A stretch of DNA of 64,000 bases. Source: a virus (taxonomy: Duplodnaviria > Heunggongvirae > Uroviricota > Caudoviricetes). The stretch lies in the IMG/VR virus record IMGVR_UViG_3300046524_000235, one strand, 5' to 3'. The notes beneath the pieces were generated by a model. The model was not told where the DNA came from. It did no database searches and worked only from the letters and a program-made list of their open reading frames with translations. How positions within the stretch are numbered: the first letter of the stretch is position 1; every line of letters starts with the position of its first letter. A program made the translations under genes and the position numbers. Shown piece after piece: positions 62,315 to 64,000 of this stretch.

Positions 62315-63334
62315 TTACGCTTTCTCAATGGCGATAGGATCACTTGATTGCTTGCCCATATCGACTTCTTTTAGCTTTGACTTTAAACGAGCACCAGCTG
62401 TGGGATTCAGCTGGCCGAACCAGTTCAACCGCCCCATGAGTTTACTGTAAAACAACTCTGCACTGATTCCGGCTTTGGCGGCCTCCGCCTCAATTCCGTT
62501 CTTGTTGCAGTTGTAAACCATAGCCCTGAGTTTGTTACGCTCAGATTTTTGCAGATTGACCTTGACGTTCACAACGGCTCCGCATACATACTGCCGTTGG
62601 AAATGGCGCATCACTTTAGTCTTGGACTTGTTTACCCTGAATCGGTAACGTCCAACTTCAGTTGATACTTTGCGAAGAATCTTTCCAACAATACCTTTCC
62701 CTAACTTTTCTCGCGTTTCTGCATCCATCGAGATCGTGATGTCGTCAGCATAGATGCTGAGCGTCAGATTGTTTTCATCACAGAACTCTTTGATAGCAGG
62801 ACCGAATGTCAGTGCAGTAATGATGTTACTGATCTTTGGACTGGTCAAGGCTCCTTGTGGGACGAATGACTCATAAGTACAAAGTTCTGACAATGTTCTA
62901 GCCGGTGCTTGACCGAAGCCAAGATGCTGGAACAAATCGAAAAGCTGGTATTGCTTGATAGAAGTGAAAAAATCCTCTAGGTCGATACTCACGACCATGT
63001 CCTTACCCACATGGCTTTCGGCCATTTTAGGAATACTCCTGCCCTTCTCAAAAGCATGAATGTATTCCGGTACCTCAATTTTATCCAGTATTTGGGTTAG
63101 GATCTTATACTGGACAACACGCATCAAGCTGTCTGGATTATGCAGGATTCTGTATTTCGTAATCGGCCCCCTCTTTCGCAGAGAAAGAATCGAGTAGTGC
63201 TCCGATTTGTTCTTCCCAAGCAGCGTTAGCATCTTCGATGATTTCCACCGAAGCTTCTCTGACAGATCCTTGTTCGACTGGATGCTGAACGGCTTGACGT
63301 AGGGCCTTAATACTAGTTGTTCCTGAATTTCCAT
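62315..63334 (-). CDS. Retron-type reverse transcriptase
   Basis: YRILHNP, HAFEKGRSI, MAESH (region X NAxxH-like), DLEDFFTSI, PQGALTSP, YADD, VCGAVVN (region Y VTG-like); no maturase/endonuclease domain. Confidence 0.93.
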   Translation of the reverse strand: MEIQEQLVLRPYVKPFSIQSNKDLSEKLRWKSSKMLTLLGKNKSEHYSILSLRKRGPITKYRILHNPDSLMRVVQYKILTQILDKIEVPEYIHAFEKGRSIPKMAESHVGKDMVVSIDLEDFFTSIKQYQLFDLFQHLGFGQAPARTLSELCTYESFVPQGALTSPKISNIITALTFGPAIKEFCDENNLTLSIYADDITISMDAETREKLGKGIVGKILRKVSTEVGRYRFRVNKSKTKVMRHFQRQYVCGAVVNVKVNLQKSERNKLRAMVYNCNKNGIEAEAAKAGISAELFYSKLMGRLNWFGQLNPTAGARLKSKLKEVDMGKQSSDPIAIEKA

Positions 63335-63629
63335 TTGCTTGTTCTCTTTTAGCTACTGCAACTTCTCTTGATTTCCGAATTACCTGACGCATAAGATCTT
63401 GGACGGTTACGTGATACGGCTTTTTGTTTATGATCACGATACCTTCCATTAAGACCGGCGGTGCCTTTTCAAACCGCATAATACTATCGCCGTCAGTGAA
63501 CGGCTTGACCTTGATAGGATAGTAGTTATACAGCAGCCCTGTTTTAACGAGATAATAGTTGTTCTTAATCTCTAGGGCAGGCGATGACATCTTTGGAACG
63601 TTCTTCGAACTAGTGGACGAAATATCCAT
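63138..63629 (-). CDS. 163-aa ORF overlapping the RT 5' end in another frame
   Basis: Protein-like composition; 197-nt same-strand overlap with RT; RBS weak. Confidence 0.45.
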   Translation of the reverse strand: MDISSTSSKNVPKMSSPALEIKNNYYLVKTGLLYNYYPIKVKPFTDGDSIMRFEKAPPVLMEGIVIINKKPYHVTVQDLMRQVIRKSREVAVAKREQANGNSGTTSIKALRQAVQHPVEQGSVREASVEIIEDANAAWEEQIGALLDSFSAKEGADYEIQNPA

Positions 63630-63694
63630 TGTTGCATCCGAAATTAATGTAGGTAGTTTCTACCTACGGTTTCTAAAAGAGCTAAGCGGGAAGG

Positions 63695-63823
63695 TTAATA
63701 CGCTTCTTTATCGCTCAGCTTAGTTGCGAAGTCATCGAGAACGTCCATAACGCTATTAACGATACGAAGGACGATCTTGACAACTCGGACAACCATGACG
63801 AGCTTCTTTAGGAATTTACCCAT
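63695..63823 (-). CDS. 42-aa amphipathic cationic peptide (not in ORF track)
   Basis: CAGGAGAG RBS; MGKFLKKLVMVVRVVKIVLRIVNSVMDVLDDFATKLSDKEAY; first ORF after promoter motif 63906. Confidence 0.7.
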   Translation of the reverse strand: MGKFLKKLVMVVRVVKIVLRIVNSVMDVLDDFATKLSDKEAY

Positions 63824-64000
63824 AGCGATCTCTCCTGATTAGTCTGTAGGCTTGACTAAAAAGATTGGTCGCTGCTTCCGGAGTAGGGTAGTGCCCTGTA
63901 AGATGCTTATACCAAAAGATCTGTTTTTGTTGATGCTAAAAAACAAGGCTTTGTGGGCCTTGTTCTCCTACTTATGCAGCAAGTCCTTTACAACGCAAAT

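Larger units (their letters stand above)
62194..63883. repeat. Perfect 12-bp inverted repeat bracketing the RT operon
   Basis: CTCCGGAAGCAG at 62194-62205 and CTGCTTCCGGAG at 63872-63883. Confidence 0.85.
3403..63915 (-). promoter_or_regulatory. Dispersed early-type promoter motif (T)TGGTATAAG, 15 copies
   Basis: Plus-strand CTTATACCA at 3403, 4816, 6330, 9976, 15453, 15994, 16068, 26673, 32946, 48498, 49556, 57466, 57927, 59771, 63906. All are in one orientation and upstream of minus-strand genes; the motif resembles an extended -10 (TGnTATAAT). Confidence 0.85.

Noticed and set aside
62315-63334. RT as part of a diversity-generating retroelement or group II intron
   Set aside because: Motifs (PQG, YADD, region X/Y-like) are retron-type. 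There is no maturase/endonuclease domain, and I found no template/variable repeat pair, Avd-like gene or intron domain V.
63335-63660. Canonical a1/a2 inverted repeat directly upstream of the RT
   Set aside because: The best pairings found were only 6-7 bp (TGCAAC/GTTGCA; ATTTC.GA/TC.GAAAT) and mutually non-nested. Hairpins exist there but no convincing canonical retron frame.
1-64000. CRISPR array, tRNA or rRNA genes, terminase, transposase
   Set aside because: No regularly spaced repeats, cloverleafs or recognisable motifs were found by eye. The 16S-complementary 12-mer at 47994 is isolated and not part of an rRNA gene.

Overview
This is a 64-kb segment of a large, AT-rich tailed-phage (jumbo myovirus-like) genome. 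No rRNA, tRNA or CRISPR array was seen. The minus strand carries mostly early/accessory genes: dCMP deaminase, DinG-like and SNF2 helicases, a hydrolase, a lipoprotein lytic transglycosylase, a metallophosphoesterase and many micro membrane proteins. These lie downstream of a 15-copy TGGTATAAG promoter-like motif. The plus strand carries late genes: portal, a multisubunit RNA polymerase in three separated pieces (beta plus beta' N-terminus, beta' catalytic middle, beta' C-terminus), fibres, head protease, scaffold, major capsid, neck, sheath, tube, baseplate spike and a glycosyltransferase. Four candidate systems stand out. (1) A retron-type reverse transcriptase operon (62.0-63.9 kb) has no canonical upstream msr-msd that I could identify. 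Its downstream spacer folds like a circularly permuted retron ncRNA, and that spacer can also pair over 1.7 kb with the operon's 5' leader, which precedes a 42-aa amphipathic peptide. (2) A recurrent N-terminal MNKYLEKIA tag resembles a capsid-targeting sequence and is attached to diverse cargo. (3) That cargo includes an HhH-ATP-dependent ligase fusion and a LigD phosphoesterase-SNF2 fusion, suggesting a virion-delivered end-repair kit. (4) A canonical A_AAA_AAG -1 frameshift site extends the scaffold protein. All functional calls come from motif recognition by eye; no database search or folding program was run.
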